Source of the DNA: Scenedesmus sp. PABB004 | Taxonomy: Eukaryota | Assembly (NCBI GenBank): GCA_014905635.1 | Contig: JABVCE010000010.1 | Coordinates: 1,054,001-1,118,000 of the forward strand | DNA: 64,000 nt | Reading direction: 5' to 3' | In this document: positions 23,670-34,736 of the stretch, one piece after another | How the letters are laid out: each line of letters begins with the position of its first letter | How positions within the stretch are numbered: the stretch's first letter is position 1 | The notes under the pieces: model-generated | Seen by the model: the letters and a program-made list of their open reading frames with translations, nothing else | Databases searched by the model: none | What the model was told of the DNA's origin: nothing | Program-made: the position numbers and the translations under genes

Positions 23670-24927
23670 TCAGTGCGCGTGCGACCAGGCCTTGACCCCA
23701 ACCCAGCAGTTGTCGACCCGCGCGCCCATCGAGCCGACGCTGCAGTTCGTCCGCATGCGTGCCTCGCGGAGGGCCATGTCCTCGTCGGAGCCGCGCGCGG
23801 GCGTGCGGGGCTGGAGGGGCGAGCTGGACTCGCCGCGCTTGGCCGCGCCCAGGTAGCTGGGCGGCGCCACCCTGGCGGCGGCGGCGTTGCTGACCGCCGT
23901 GTTGATGGCTGGCAGCTGGGCCGCGTGGGGCAGCACCTGCTCCTGCGCCCCGACCAGCTCGGCGCATGGGGCGTCCACGTCGCCGCCGGGGGCGGCGGCG
24001 GCCGCCGCCGGCGCCTCGGACGCGCCGCACACGGTCGCGTCTGTGGAGCTGCTGGTGGCCGCCGCCCTGGCGGCGGCGGCGTTGCTGACCGGCGTCGTGA
24101 TGGTGGGCAGCTGGGCTGCCGGGCGCAGCACCTCCTCCGCCCCGACCAGCGCGGCGCAGGGGGCGTCCACGCCGCCGCCGGCGGCGGCGGCCGCCGCAAC
24201 CTGGGCCGTGTCCACGTCGGCGGGCGCGGTGTCCAAGCAGTTCGTGTCGGCGTCGGCGCGCAGGGGCTCGTTCCCCTTGGGAGCGGCGAGCGCCTGCAGG
24301 AGGCGTGCGGCGCGGGGCGCAGGTGTCGGCGCTCGCGCCGCGCGCGCGCACACGCGGCGGCCGAGCGAGAGGCGGCGCAAGCGGCGCGAAGCCACCAGGC
24401 CACACAGCCCACCTGCTCCTGCACGTCCACCTGCGCGTCCACCTGCTCCTGCGCCGCCGGCGGGTTGTCCGGGTGCGCCGCCTTGGTCTGCTTGGCCTTG
24501 CGCTGCCGCTGCTCCAGGCGCGCCTGCGGTGACCGGCGCGCGGGCGGCGGCAGCGCGCGTGAGGGACGCGCTGGACCTGCAACACGTCGCGTGGGCGCGC
24601 AAGCGGGCCAGCCGGGGCGCCGCACGCGCGCCGGCGGACATGTGAGACGGCGCTGGCGGTGCCGCGCCGCGCGGCCGCAGTGCGCGCCCGCGCCGCGCGT
24701 GTAGCGCGCTGGCAGCTTGCTATAGCTGGGGAGCCGGCGGCCAGGGCCGCGCGGCGCGCGTGGCGGCGCGGGGGGCCTCCCGCCGACGGGTGCACCCCCC
24801 GCCGCGCTGTGCGGGCCGCGCCGCCCACCTTGAGCGACGTGGCGTCGCGGAGAGCCTTCAGGGCCTTCTTGGCGGCGGCGCGCAGCGCGCGGACGGCGGC
24901 CTTGGCGGCCACGAGCTTTGGCGCCAT
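23670..24927 (-). CDS. Orphan three-exon protein with two internal ~40-aa repeats
   Basis: Exons of about 24927-24829 (MAPKLVAAK...SLK|GT), 24523-24413 and 24295-23670, joined by GT-AG phase-0 introns. Repeat units VDAPCAALVGAEEVLRPAAQLPTITTPVSNAAAAR and VDAPCAELVGAQEQVLPHAAQLPAINTAVSNAAAAR. TTAAAA about 95 nt upstream of the ATG. Confidence 0.55.
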
Positions 24928-25442
24928 GGCGCTGCTGGACGAGTGCTTTTGGAGAGCGTGAGCTGGGTGTGGGAGTGCGTTGCGACGTGTGTGAGCTCCC
25001 CGGGAGCTCGCGGGGGCATTTTAAGGGCCAAGCGCGCGGCCGGGAGCCGGCTGGGCGGGTTTTTGCCAGCTGGCCGCTGCTGGCTGTCGGCGCTCGGTGC
25101 CGCCGCCGGCGCCGCGCTCAGCGTGGCTGCCAGGCAGCCTGCGAGCTGTGACGGGCGCCGGCCAGCGCGGCGGGCAGCGCGGCGCGCGGGGGCGGCGCCT
25201 CACGGGCCGCCAGCGAAAGCTGGCCGCCGCCGCCGCCGACTGGCTGCCGCGTTGCGTGCGTGCTGCCAGAGCTGCTGCCGGTGGCCCAGGGCAGGCGGGG
25301 CGTGTCACGCCGCCCGCCGGACAGGACGCCCGGGCCGGCGCGGGCGGCGGCCGCACGCCGCCGGTGCTGCGGCGCGGTCCGCCGGGTGCCGACGGGCGGC
25401 GATGCACACGGCCGGGCGCGCGCGCTGGCAGGCGGCGGGCTC

Positions 25443-26614
25443 GCAGTGAGCCCTCCACGTCACCCAACAGTGCCCGCCACGCGCAGCCGCCGCAGCCAAA
25501 GGGTGTGGGCCCCGCCGCAGAGTGCGCGATCTGCCAGGCGTCACCCGCCGCCGCACGCGCGGCGCGCGCTGCCGGCGGCGCCCGTGCTGATCGGCCGGGC
25601 GGAGGCCGTGTTGTGTGCAGTGCGGCTCGCAGCGCGGCCCGGCGGCCGCCTGCCGCGGCAGGGCAGCGGCAGCGACGGCAGCGCCGCCGCACCCGCGGGC
25701 GCTCCACGCGCGGCGGCAAAGTTCGTCGGCGGCACTGGCGTCAGTGTGGCGCCACGTCCGCGCACGGCCTTGGGCGGCAACGCGGGCGCGCCGGCCTGCT
25801 GCAGCGAGCGCTGCGGGCCCGCGCCCGCTGCGCGCCCGGCCGCCGCGAGCAGGACGGCCAGCGCGAGCGCTGCGTGGCGCGCCATGGCGCCCGGCTGTCG
25901 GAGCAACAGCGATCGCGCCCGGCACTGCGGCCGCCGCGGCGCATGGGCGGCCGCCCTCCGCAGGCGACGGCGCTGCGCACGCGCGCGGTTGAGCGTGTGC
26001 CGGCGGTTGCGCACGCGTGCCGCGCTGCGCGCGGCCGGCCGTGCCCGGCGTGCGCCGGGCGCGGGCCCACGTCGCCGCGCTGCCGGCGCCGGGTGACGCC
26101 GGCGTGCGCTGCTGCCGGCGACCGTGCAGGCGGCGCCGGTGTCGACGGCCGCCGACGCCCGCGGGCACGCACCCGCCGCTGCTGCGGCGCCGCCGGCCGG
26201 GCGCGTGCGCGCCAGGCCCCGCGCGGCACCGGGCCGGCGTGGCGTGACGGCGTGCAGCGCAGCGTGCTCGCCACTGGGTGCACCCGCGGCGTGGTGCCGT
26301 ACGGCGGCCGTGCGCGGGGCCGGCGGAGATGCTGAACGCTGCGCGAGCACGCGGTGGCGCAGGGCGCGCGCGACGCGGGAGCCCGTCCCAGCGGGCCGGT
26401 TTGACGTCGCGGCGACCGCGTTACGCGACGCCCTGCGCGCTGCAGCAGGGCCGCAATCGCAAACGCGCGCCGGCTGGTCAGCAACACATCCTCCTACGCA
26501 GACGCGGGTGGTGCCGCCCCCGCCGCCGCTGCGCGTCACTCTCGGAAGCCCAGCGGGGCCGCTCACGCCGCAAACCAGGCCAGCCATGACGCGCGGCATC
26601 AGGCAGGCCACCTC
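25443..26614. repeat. 1172-bp direct repeat, copy B; contains an orphaned GH16 exon 1 (25693-25885, minus strand) and the GDC-P promoter and ATG
   Basis: Near-identical to 22302-23473. Confidence 0.93.
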
Positions 26615-27834
26615 GCTGCTGCGGGCGCTCGCCCGCGGCGCGCCGCGCGGCGCGGCTGCTGTGGAGGGCGCGGGGCGGCGCCTGCTCGCCAATGGGCCGG
26701 CCGCGGCGAGCGCAGGTGCGGGCCGCGCGCGGCCGCGCCACGGCTTGCGATCGCAGCCGGCTCACGCCGCGCCCACGCGTTGCCGGCGCAGGCCTGCGCC
26801 TCGGTGCTGGCGCCTGGCGCATGCCCATCCCGCTGGCAACGTGTGGCGTGCGCCACATCTCCCTGGACGCGCTCAAGCCCAGCGACAAGTAGGTTGTGCG
26901 GGCGAGCTGCCCGCTCCCGGGCGCCCCGGGGCCGCGGCGCACAATTGGGCCGCTCCGGGCGCCGGCAGGGGCCGGGGCCGACCTGGGGGCGGCAGCGGCG
27001 GGGCGGCGGCGGCAGCAGGCGCCGCGCAGCAGCGGCGGCGCGGCAGCAGCGGCGCGCGCCGCGCGGCGCGCGCGCGGCGTCGTGCCCCGCGGGGCCGCCG
27101 CGGCTCCCCGGCGGCGCGCGCAGCCGCCAGGCAGTGCTCCCGTGCACGCGCGGGCGCGCGCCGGCGCGGCGCGGCGCGGCGCGGCGCGGGCGCGTCGCGC
27201 CCACACAGCCGCCCGCGGCCGCCTACTACGCCCCCGCCGCGCCGCCGCCGGCCCTGATCCCCCGCCGCGCCGCCGCCGCCGCCGCAGCTTCGTGCCACGC
27301 CACAACTCGACCAGCCCCGAGGAGGAGGCGGCGATGGTCGCGGCGACCGGCTTTGGCAGCCTCGACGCGCTCATCGACGCGACCGTCCCCGCGTCGATCC
27401 GCCGCTCCGACGGCATGGACATGGGCCGCTACACGCCCGGCATGACCGAGTCGGAGTTCCTCGCCTACTTCAAGTGAGCGCAGGGGCAGCGCAGCGCAGG
27501 GGCCGCGCTGAGAGGGGCAGCGCTGAGAGGGGCGGCGCTGAGAGGGGCGGCGGGGCCGCGCAGGGGGCCGCGCAGCCGCGGGGCGGCGGGGCCGCGGCGC
27601 GGCGGTGCGCGGGCCGCCAGGAGCCGCCGCGCCGGCGCGGGGCTGGCAGGGGGCGCTGCGCCGCGCGCGCCGCGCCGCGCGCGCCAGCCCGCGCGCCCGC
27701 GCCCGCGCCCGACGCCTGCGCCGCGCGCGCCGCGCGTCAGGGGCGTCGCGAGCAAGAACCGCGTGCTGCGCTCCTTCATTGGCATGGGCTACGCCGACTG
27801 CCACGTCCCGCCCGTCATCCTGCGCAACGTGCTG

Positions 27835-27875
<41 letters not shown>

Positions 27876-30800
27876 GGAGATCGCGCAGGGCAGGTGCGCG
27901 GAGAAATAACGACTCTCGTTATTTCAGCTCAGCTCAGTCCAGCTCAGTTCAGTGCAGTTCAGCTCAGCTCAGCTCAGCTCCGTTGGGTCGGGCAGCCGAG
28001 CCAGCGGAAGCTCAGCTGATCAACGGAGGAGGAGGCCCCGGGTCGGGCGGCGCGCCTGCCGCGCGTCGGCCGCGGCGCCGGGCGCGCCGCCCACGCCCTG
28101 CCGCCGCCGGCGCCGCCCCGACCCCCGGCCGCCGCCGCGCGCAGGCTGGAGAGCCTGCTCAACTTCCAGACCATGGTGTGCGACCTCACGGGCATGCAGA
28201 TCAGCAACGCCTCGCTGCTCGACGAGGCGACCGCCGCGGCCGAGGCGATGACCATGTGCTCGGCGCTCGCGCGCGGCAAGAAGCCGCGCTTCCTCGTCTC
28301 GGTGCGGCGCGGCGGCGCGCGGGGGCGTGGAGGAGGAGGGGTTAGCTTGTTGGGGGGCTGTGTGGGCTGCGTGGGCTGTGTGGGAGGGCGGATGCGGGGC
28401 TCACGCGGCTGGCCGATGGGCAGCAGCTTGGCCTTGGCGACTGATAGCTTGTCTAACGTTGCCAAGTCAAAGCTGCTGCCCATGGGCCAGCCCGTGTCGA
28501 CCGCGCTCCGCCTGACCTTTAAGGCCCTGGCAGTGTTGACTTGCAGCTCTGCGATCGCTGCCGCCGGCGGCCAGGCGCGCGCGGCGGTCCCACGCGGCGG
28601 CGGCGCTCATGCGCTGCCGCCGCGCTGCCGCCGCCGCCGCGGCGCCGCCCCGCAGAGCAAGTGCCACCCGCAGACGATTGCGGTGTGCCAGACGCGCGCA
28701 GGTGCGGGCGCGCCGGCGGCCGCCCGGCGCGCGCCGCGCCTGCGCCCGGCCGCACCCCGCGCGCCGCCGCGGCGTCCGCCGCCGCAGACGGGCTGGGCCT
28801 GGTGGCGGAGGTCGTGGACGAGGGGTCGATGTCGTTTGGCAAGGACGTGTGCGGCATGCTCCTGCAGTACCCCGACACCACCGGCGCCGTGAGCGACTAC
28901 AAGGTGAGAGAGGGGCTATAACGCGGACGGCCCGCCGCGGGGCCGCGCGCGCGCTGCGCTGCCAGGCCGCGCGCAGCCAGGGGCGCAGGGGAGCGGGCGG
29001 CGCCGCCGGGCGGCCGGCGTCGCCGCGGCGTCGGGCCCGGCCGGGCAGCAGCCGGCCGCGCACGCGGCGCCGGCCGCAGCCGCCGGCCGGCCGCAGCCGC
29101 CGGCCGGCCGCCGACGCGGCCCCGCGCCCCGCGCCCGCCGCCCCGCCCCGGCAGGCGCTGGTCGACAAGGCGCACGCGGCGGGCGTCAAGGTGTGTGTCG
29201 CGACCGACCTCCTCGCGCTCACCAAGCTGGCGCCGCCGGGCGAGTGGGGCGCCGACATCGTGCTCGGCAGCGCGCAGCGCTTTGGCGTGCCCATGGGCTA
29301 CGGCGGCCCGCACGCCGCGTTCCTGGCCTGCCACGACGAGTACAAGCGGTGAGCGGGGGCTCTGCCGTTCGTGCGTGCGCGCGCGCGCGGGCAGGGGAGG
29401 GCGCGGCGCGGCGGCGGCGCGCCCCGGCCCGGCTGCCTGACCTTGCGCCGCCCCCGCGCGCCCCCGCGCGCCCCGCCAGGCTGATGCCGGGGCGCATCAT
29501 CGGCGTGTCGATCGACGCGACGGGCGCGCCCGCGCTGCGCATGGCGATGCAGACGCGCGAGCAGCACATCCGCCGCGACAAGGCGACCTCCAACATCTGC
29601 ACCGCGCAGGCGCGCGCGCTCGGGGCGCAGCGGCAGGGCGCGCGCCTGCCGCGGGGCGCGGGCGCCGGAGCGGCAGCTGCGGCGGCGGCAGCAGGAGCAG
29701 CAGCGGGGCCGGCAGCAGGAGCGGCAGCGGGGCCGGCAGCAGGAGCAGGAGCAGCAGCAGCAGCAGCAGGAGCGGCCACGTGCGACCCAGCACCTCAGCA
29801 CGGCATCGCCGCCTCCGCCGCCACGCGCCCCCAGCACCACCCACAACCCCAAACCCGCCCCCGCACCCGCAGGCGCTGCTGGCCAACATGGCCGGCCTGT
29901 ACGCAGTGTACCACGGCCCCAAGGGCCTCGCCGCGATCGCCGACCGCGTGCACGGCCTCGCGTGCGTGACCGCGGCGGGCGCGAAGAAGCTCGGCCTGTC
30001 GCCCGTGGCGGAGACCTTCTTTGACACGCTCACCATCAAGGTGCGTGGGGTGTGGGTGCGGGGAGTGTGGGTGTGGGTGAGGGCGGGTGGGGTGTGGGTG
30101 TGGGTGGGTGGGTGAGGGTGGGTGTGGGTGGGTGGGTGTGGGTGGGGTGTGGTTGGGCGGGGGAGAGGAGGCGCTGCCTCCTGGGCGTCGCGCTGGGCCC
30201 GTCCGGCCTTGAAGCAAAGGCGCAGCGGCGCGGCACGCCGCCGCGCGGCCGCCGCGCGCGCGCCCGGCCCCCTCGCCCTGCGCTCACGCCCGCGCACCCG
30301 CGCTGCCGCGCGCGCAGGTGCCGGACGCGGACAAGGTGCTCGCAGCGGGCCTGGCGGAGGGCATGAACCTGCGCCGCGTCGACGCGACGCACGTGGGCGT
30401 GACCTTTGACGAGACGACGCGCCTCGACGAGCTCGACGCGCTGCTGCGGGTGCGGGCGCGCGGCGCGCGGCGGCTCGCGCCGCGGCGCTGCGGCGCGCGC
30501 TGCGGCGGCTCGCGCCGCGGCGCTGGCGCTGGCGGGGCCCTGGCGCGCGGGGGGCCCCCGTCGCAGGCTCTTGCAGGCCGCGCCGCCCACGCGCCGCCGC
30601 CGCCGCCGCCGCCCACGCGCCGCCGCCGCCGCTGGCGCCGCTGTCCCCGTCGCCGCGCCGCGCAGGCGCTCAACGCGGGCAAGGCGGTGCCCTTCACCGC
30701 CGCGTCGCTCGCGGCGGGCGCGGCGCCGGCGCTGGGCGGCTTTGCGCGGAGCAGCCCCTTCCTCACGCAGCCGATCTTCAACTCCTACCACTGGTGCGCC

Positions 30801-33800
30801 GGCCGTTTAAAGCCCTTAAACCCCGCCTTAAAACCCCGCCCGGCGCCGCGCGCGGGCGCGCGCGCGCGCGCTCGCTCGCCCGCCTGCCCCTCAGAGCCCT
30901 CCCTCCACACCCCTCAGCCCCCTTGGCCCCCCTCACCCCCTCCAAACCGGTCTCAACCCTCGACCCTGCTGCCCCCCCCCCCTAAACCCTGCCCCGCCCC
31001 TGCGCCCGTGAACCCCGCCCTGAACCCCTTCTGAACCCCTCTCTCCCAAAACCCCGCGCCCCGCAGCGAGCACGAGATGCTGCGCTACCTCAAGCGCCTC
31101 GAGAACCGCGACCTGAGCCTCGCGCACAGCATGATCCCGCTCGGGTCGTGCACGATGAAGCTCAACGCGACGAGCGAGATGATCCCCATCACCTGGCCCG
31201 AGCTCGCCAACCTCCACCCCTTCGCGCCGCCCGACCAGGCGCGCCGCGCGGCGGGCCGAGGCGGGGAGCGGGGGACTGCGGCGCGCGGCGGGCGCGGGCG
31301 CGGGGAGCGGGGGGCGCGCCGCCAGCCGCGGCGCGCGCCGGCAACGCACAGCCCCGCTGCTGAGCCCGTCTGAGCCCGTCTGAGCCCCGCTGCTGAGCCC
31401 CGCTAAATCCCGCCGCCCCGTGCGCAGGCGGCGGGGTACATGGAGATGTTCACCGACCTCGCGGCGCAGCTGGCCTCCATCACGGGCTTTGACGCGGTCA
31501 GCCTGCAGCCCAACAGCGGCGCGAGCGGGGAGTATGCGGGGCTCATGGCTATCCGCGCCTACCACCAGAGCAGGCGCGTGTTTGTGCGTTTGTTGTGCTG
31601 CGGCTGTGCTGCTCGCGACTGGCGCGGCGTCGTCGCCGCTCCTCGTGCCAGCCTGTCCGTTTGTGCCCGTGGGCCCGCGCGCGGCGCGCCCCGCCACGCC
31701 GCCGCGCCCCTCACCCTTCTGCCGCGCCGCCACGCCGCGCCGCGCCGCACCTCGCAGGGGCGAGGGCCACCGCGACATCTGCATCATCCCCGTCTCAGCG
31801 CACGGCACCAACCCCGCGAGCGCGGTCATGGTGCGCGCTGCTCCGCGCCCCGCGCGCTCCGCGCTCCGCGCCCCGCGCGCCGCGCCCCGCGCTGCGCCCC
31901 GCGCGCCGCGCCCGCTGCCTAAACCCTCGCCCTGCGCTCCCCCTAAACCCTCGCCCAGGCGGGCATGAAGATCGTTACCGTCTCCACCGACGCCAAGGGC
32001 AACGTCAACATGGCCGAGCTCAAGGAGAAGGTGCGCGCACCGCCTGCGCGCCGCACCGCCTGCGCCCGCGTGCTGCTCGCGCCGTGCTGTGCGCGCCGCG
32101 CCCCTGCTCTCCGCCGCCCGCCCGCCCGCCCGCCCGCGCTCTCACTCTCGCATGCGCGCTCACCCCGCCCGCCCCTCTGCACCCGCGCCCGCCCCTCCGC
32201 GCCGCCCTGCCCCCCCCCCCCCCCCCCCCCCCCGCGCCCGCGCGCGCCCAGGCGGCCAAGCACGGCCCGCAGCTCGCGGCGCTCATGATCACCTACCCCA
32301 GCACGCACGGCGTGTACGAGGAGGGCGTGGACGAGATCTGCGCCATCATCCACGGCCACGGCGGCCAGGTCTACATGGACGGCGCTAACATGAATGCGCA
32401 GGTGGGCGGGGCCTGCGCGGCGGGGCTTGTGGCGGGGGGCGTGTGTGGCAGGGGCGTGTGTGGTGGTGGTGCGGCCGTGTGGCCGCGGCTGCAGGATGCC
32501 TCGCGCGCTTCGCTTCGTGTGGGGGGAAGGAGCGCGTGCGGAGCGCGCCGTCCCTGCCTGCCCCGCGCCCGCCCCGCGCGCCGACCCGGGCCCCACCGCC
32601 CGCCGCGACCCCCCAGGTCGGCCTGACGAGCCCGGGGCACATCGGCGCGGACGTGTGCCACCTCAACCTGCACAAGACCTTCTGCATCCCCCACGGCGGC
32701 GGCGGCCCCGGCATGGGCCCCATCGGCATCAAGGCCCACCTCGCGCCCTTCATGCCCACGCACCCCGTCATCCCTACCGGCGCGCTGCCCGTCACGTGAG
32801 CCCGCGCGCGCACGCGCGCCGGCGCCGCGCGGGTCACCTGGTCCGCGCCGCGCGCGCGCCGCCGGCCCGCCCCGCCTGCCTCGCGACCACCGCAGCCGTG
32901 CCCCGCTCCTCACCTCCCCCTGCTCACGCGCCTCCCCCCCCCCCCCCCCGCCCCGCCATGCCCCGCCCCGCCCTCAACCCTCAACCCTCAAACCCGCCGC
33001 GACAGGCCCAAGGACGCGGCGCCGTTTGGCACGATGGCGGCCGCGCCGTTTGGGTCGTCGCTCATCCTGCCCATCAGCTACGCCTACATCGCGATGATGG
33101 GCAGCGCGGGGCTCACCGAGGCGAGCCGGCTGGCCATCCTCAAGGCCAACTACATGGCCAAGGTCCTGGGGGAGCACTACCCGGTGCTCTACACCGGTGC
33201 GCGCGCGCGCGTGGGGCGGGGTTCTAATCGCGGGCACGCCCGGCAGGGTTTAGGGTTCAGGGTTGTAGGTTTGTTTAGGGAGCGAACAGAACGATCGGTT
33301 CCCTCGGGCCGCACCCCGCCGCCGCTGGGGTGGCGGCGGCCGCCCCTGCTCCTGGACTCTCCCGCCGTGTCCAAGGCGCCCGCTCACACAAAACCGCCCC
33401 GCCGCGCGCGCGCGCGCCCGCGCCCGCGCCCGCCGCCAGGCCCGCGCGGCACGTGCGCGCACGAGTTCATCCTGGACGTGCGGCCGCTCGAGGACACGGC
33501 GGGCGTGAAGGCGGAGGACATCGCCAAGCGCCTCATGGTGTGCCGCGCCCGCCGCCGGCCCACGCCACCGCCCCCGCCATGCCGGCCTGCCCTGCGCTGC
33601 CCTCCCCTACTCACCCCTCCTCCTCAACACGCGCGCCCGCCTCCTCCTCCCGCCTCCTCCCCTCCTCCTCCCTCCCCAGGACTACGGCTACCACGCGCCG
33701 ACCATGAGCTGGCCCGTGCCCGGCACGCTCATGATTGAGCCGACCGAGAGCGAGTCCAAGGCCGAGCTCGACCGGTGCGCACCGCCCGCGGCGGCGGCGC

Positions 33801-34245
33801 TCGCTCGCACGCCGCGCACTCGGCGCGGCCTCTCCGCCTCCCTCCTCTCCCTCCCTCTCTCACCCCCCCCCCCCTCTCCCCTCCCTCGCGTGCACACTGA
33901 ACACCCCCCTCGCCCGCCCCGCCCCGCCCCGCCCGCCGCTCCCGCTGCCCGCGCAGCTTCTGCGAGGCCATGGTCTCCATTCGGCGCGAGATCGCGGCGA
34001 TTGAGTCGGGCGCGCTGCCGCGGGACAACAACCCGCTCGTCAACGCGCCCCACCCCGCGAGCGTGGTGCTCGCGGAGACCTGGGACCGGCCGTACAGCCG
34101 CGAGGTCGCGGCCTTCCCCGCGGCGTGGGTGAAGCAGGCCAAGTTCTGGCCGACCACGGCGCGCGTCGACAACGTGTACGGCGACCGCCACCTCGTGACG
34201 CGGCTGTCCGACGCGCCGGCGGAGCCGGTCGCCGCGACGGCGTGA
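26586..34245 (+). CDS. gcvP: Glycine decarboxylase P-protein, mitochondrial, many exons
   Basis: Presequence [118 protein letters not shown]-lysine motif [34 protein letters not shown]. Confidence 0.97.
28402..28496 (+). ncRNA. Candidate intronic pre-miRNA-like fold-back
   Basis: The arms 28402-28441 and 28458-28496 are near-perfect reverse complements inside a gcvP intron (about 28302-28635). Confidence 0.4.
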
Positions 34246-34736
34246 GCGGCCGCGGCGCGCGGAGTCGGGCGCGCGGCGGCGCGCGGCGCGGCCCCGCTGC
34301 AGCCTGCAGCCGGGGCGGCGCGCGGCGCGGCGGCGGCGGGGCGCGCTGGGGGCGGGCGCGCGCAGCGGCGGCGGGCGGCGGCCTGGGCGCGTGCGCGCCG
34401 GCGCGGCACTGCCGGGACTTGGATGCTTCGCCGAACGGGGGCAGGCACTGCGGGACTTGGGACGATTTGACCTGACGGCGCGCACGCACACTTGCCGCGC
34501 GCGCGCCGGGGCGCACAGCAATGTGTGCCGGCCAGGCGCGGGGCCTGCGGGCTGGGTAACGCGCGCATGCTCGCGCACGCGGGCGTTGCGCTGCGGGGCC
34601 GCGCGCGCCTCAGTTGACCGCGCCGCGTCGCCCTTGACCGGCGGCTGCCCCGCCGGCCTGGCCGCCAGGGCGCTCGCCTCCGCTCGCCCACACGCGCCGC
34701 GCGCGATTCACAGCCGGGCCGCGCCAGGCCGGGGCG

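Noticed and set aside
22302..26614. LTR retrotransposon interpretation of the direct repeats
   Set aside because: No TG...CA termini, PBS, PPT, short TSD or gag/pol motifs. The repeats consist of recognisable host exon and promoter sequence.
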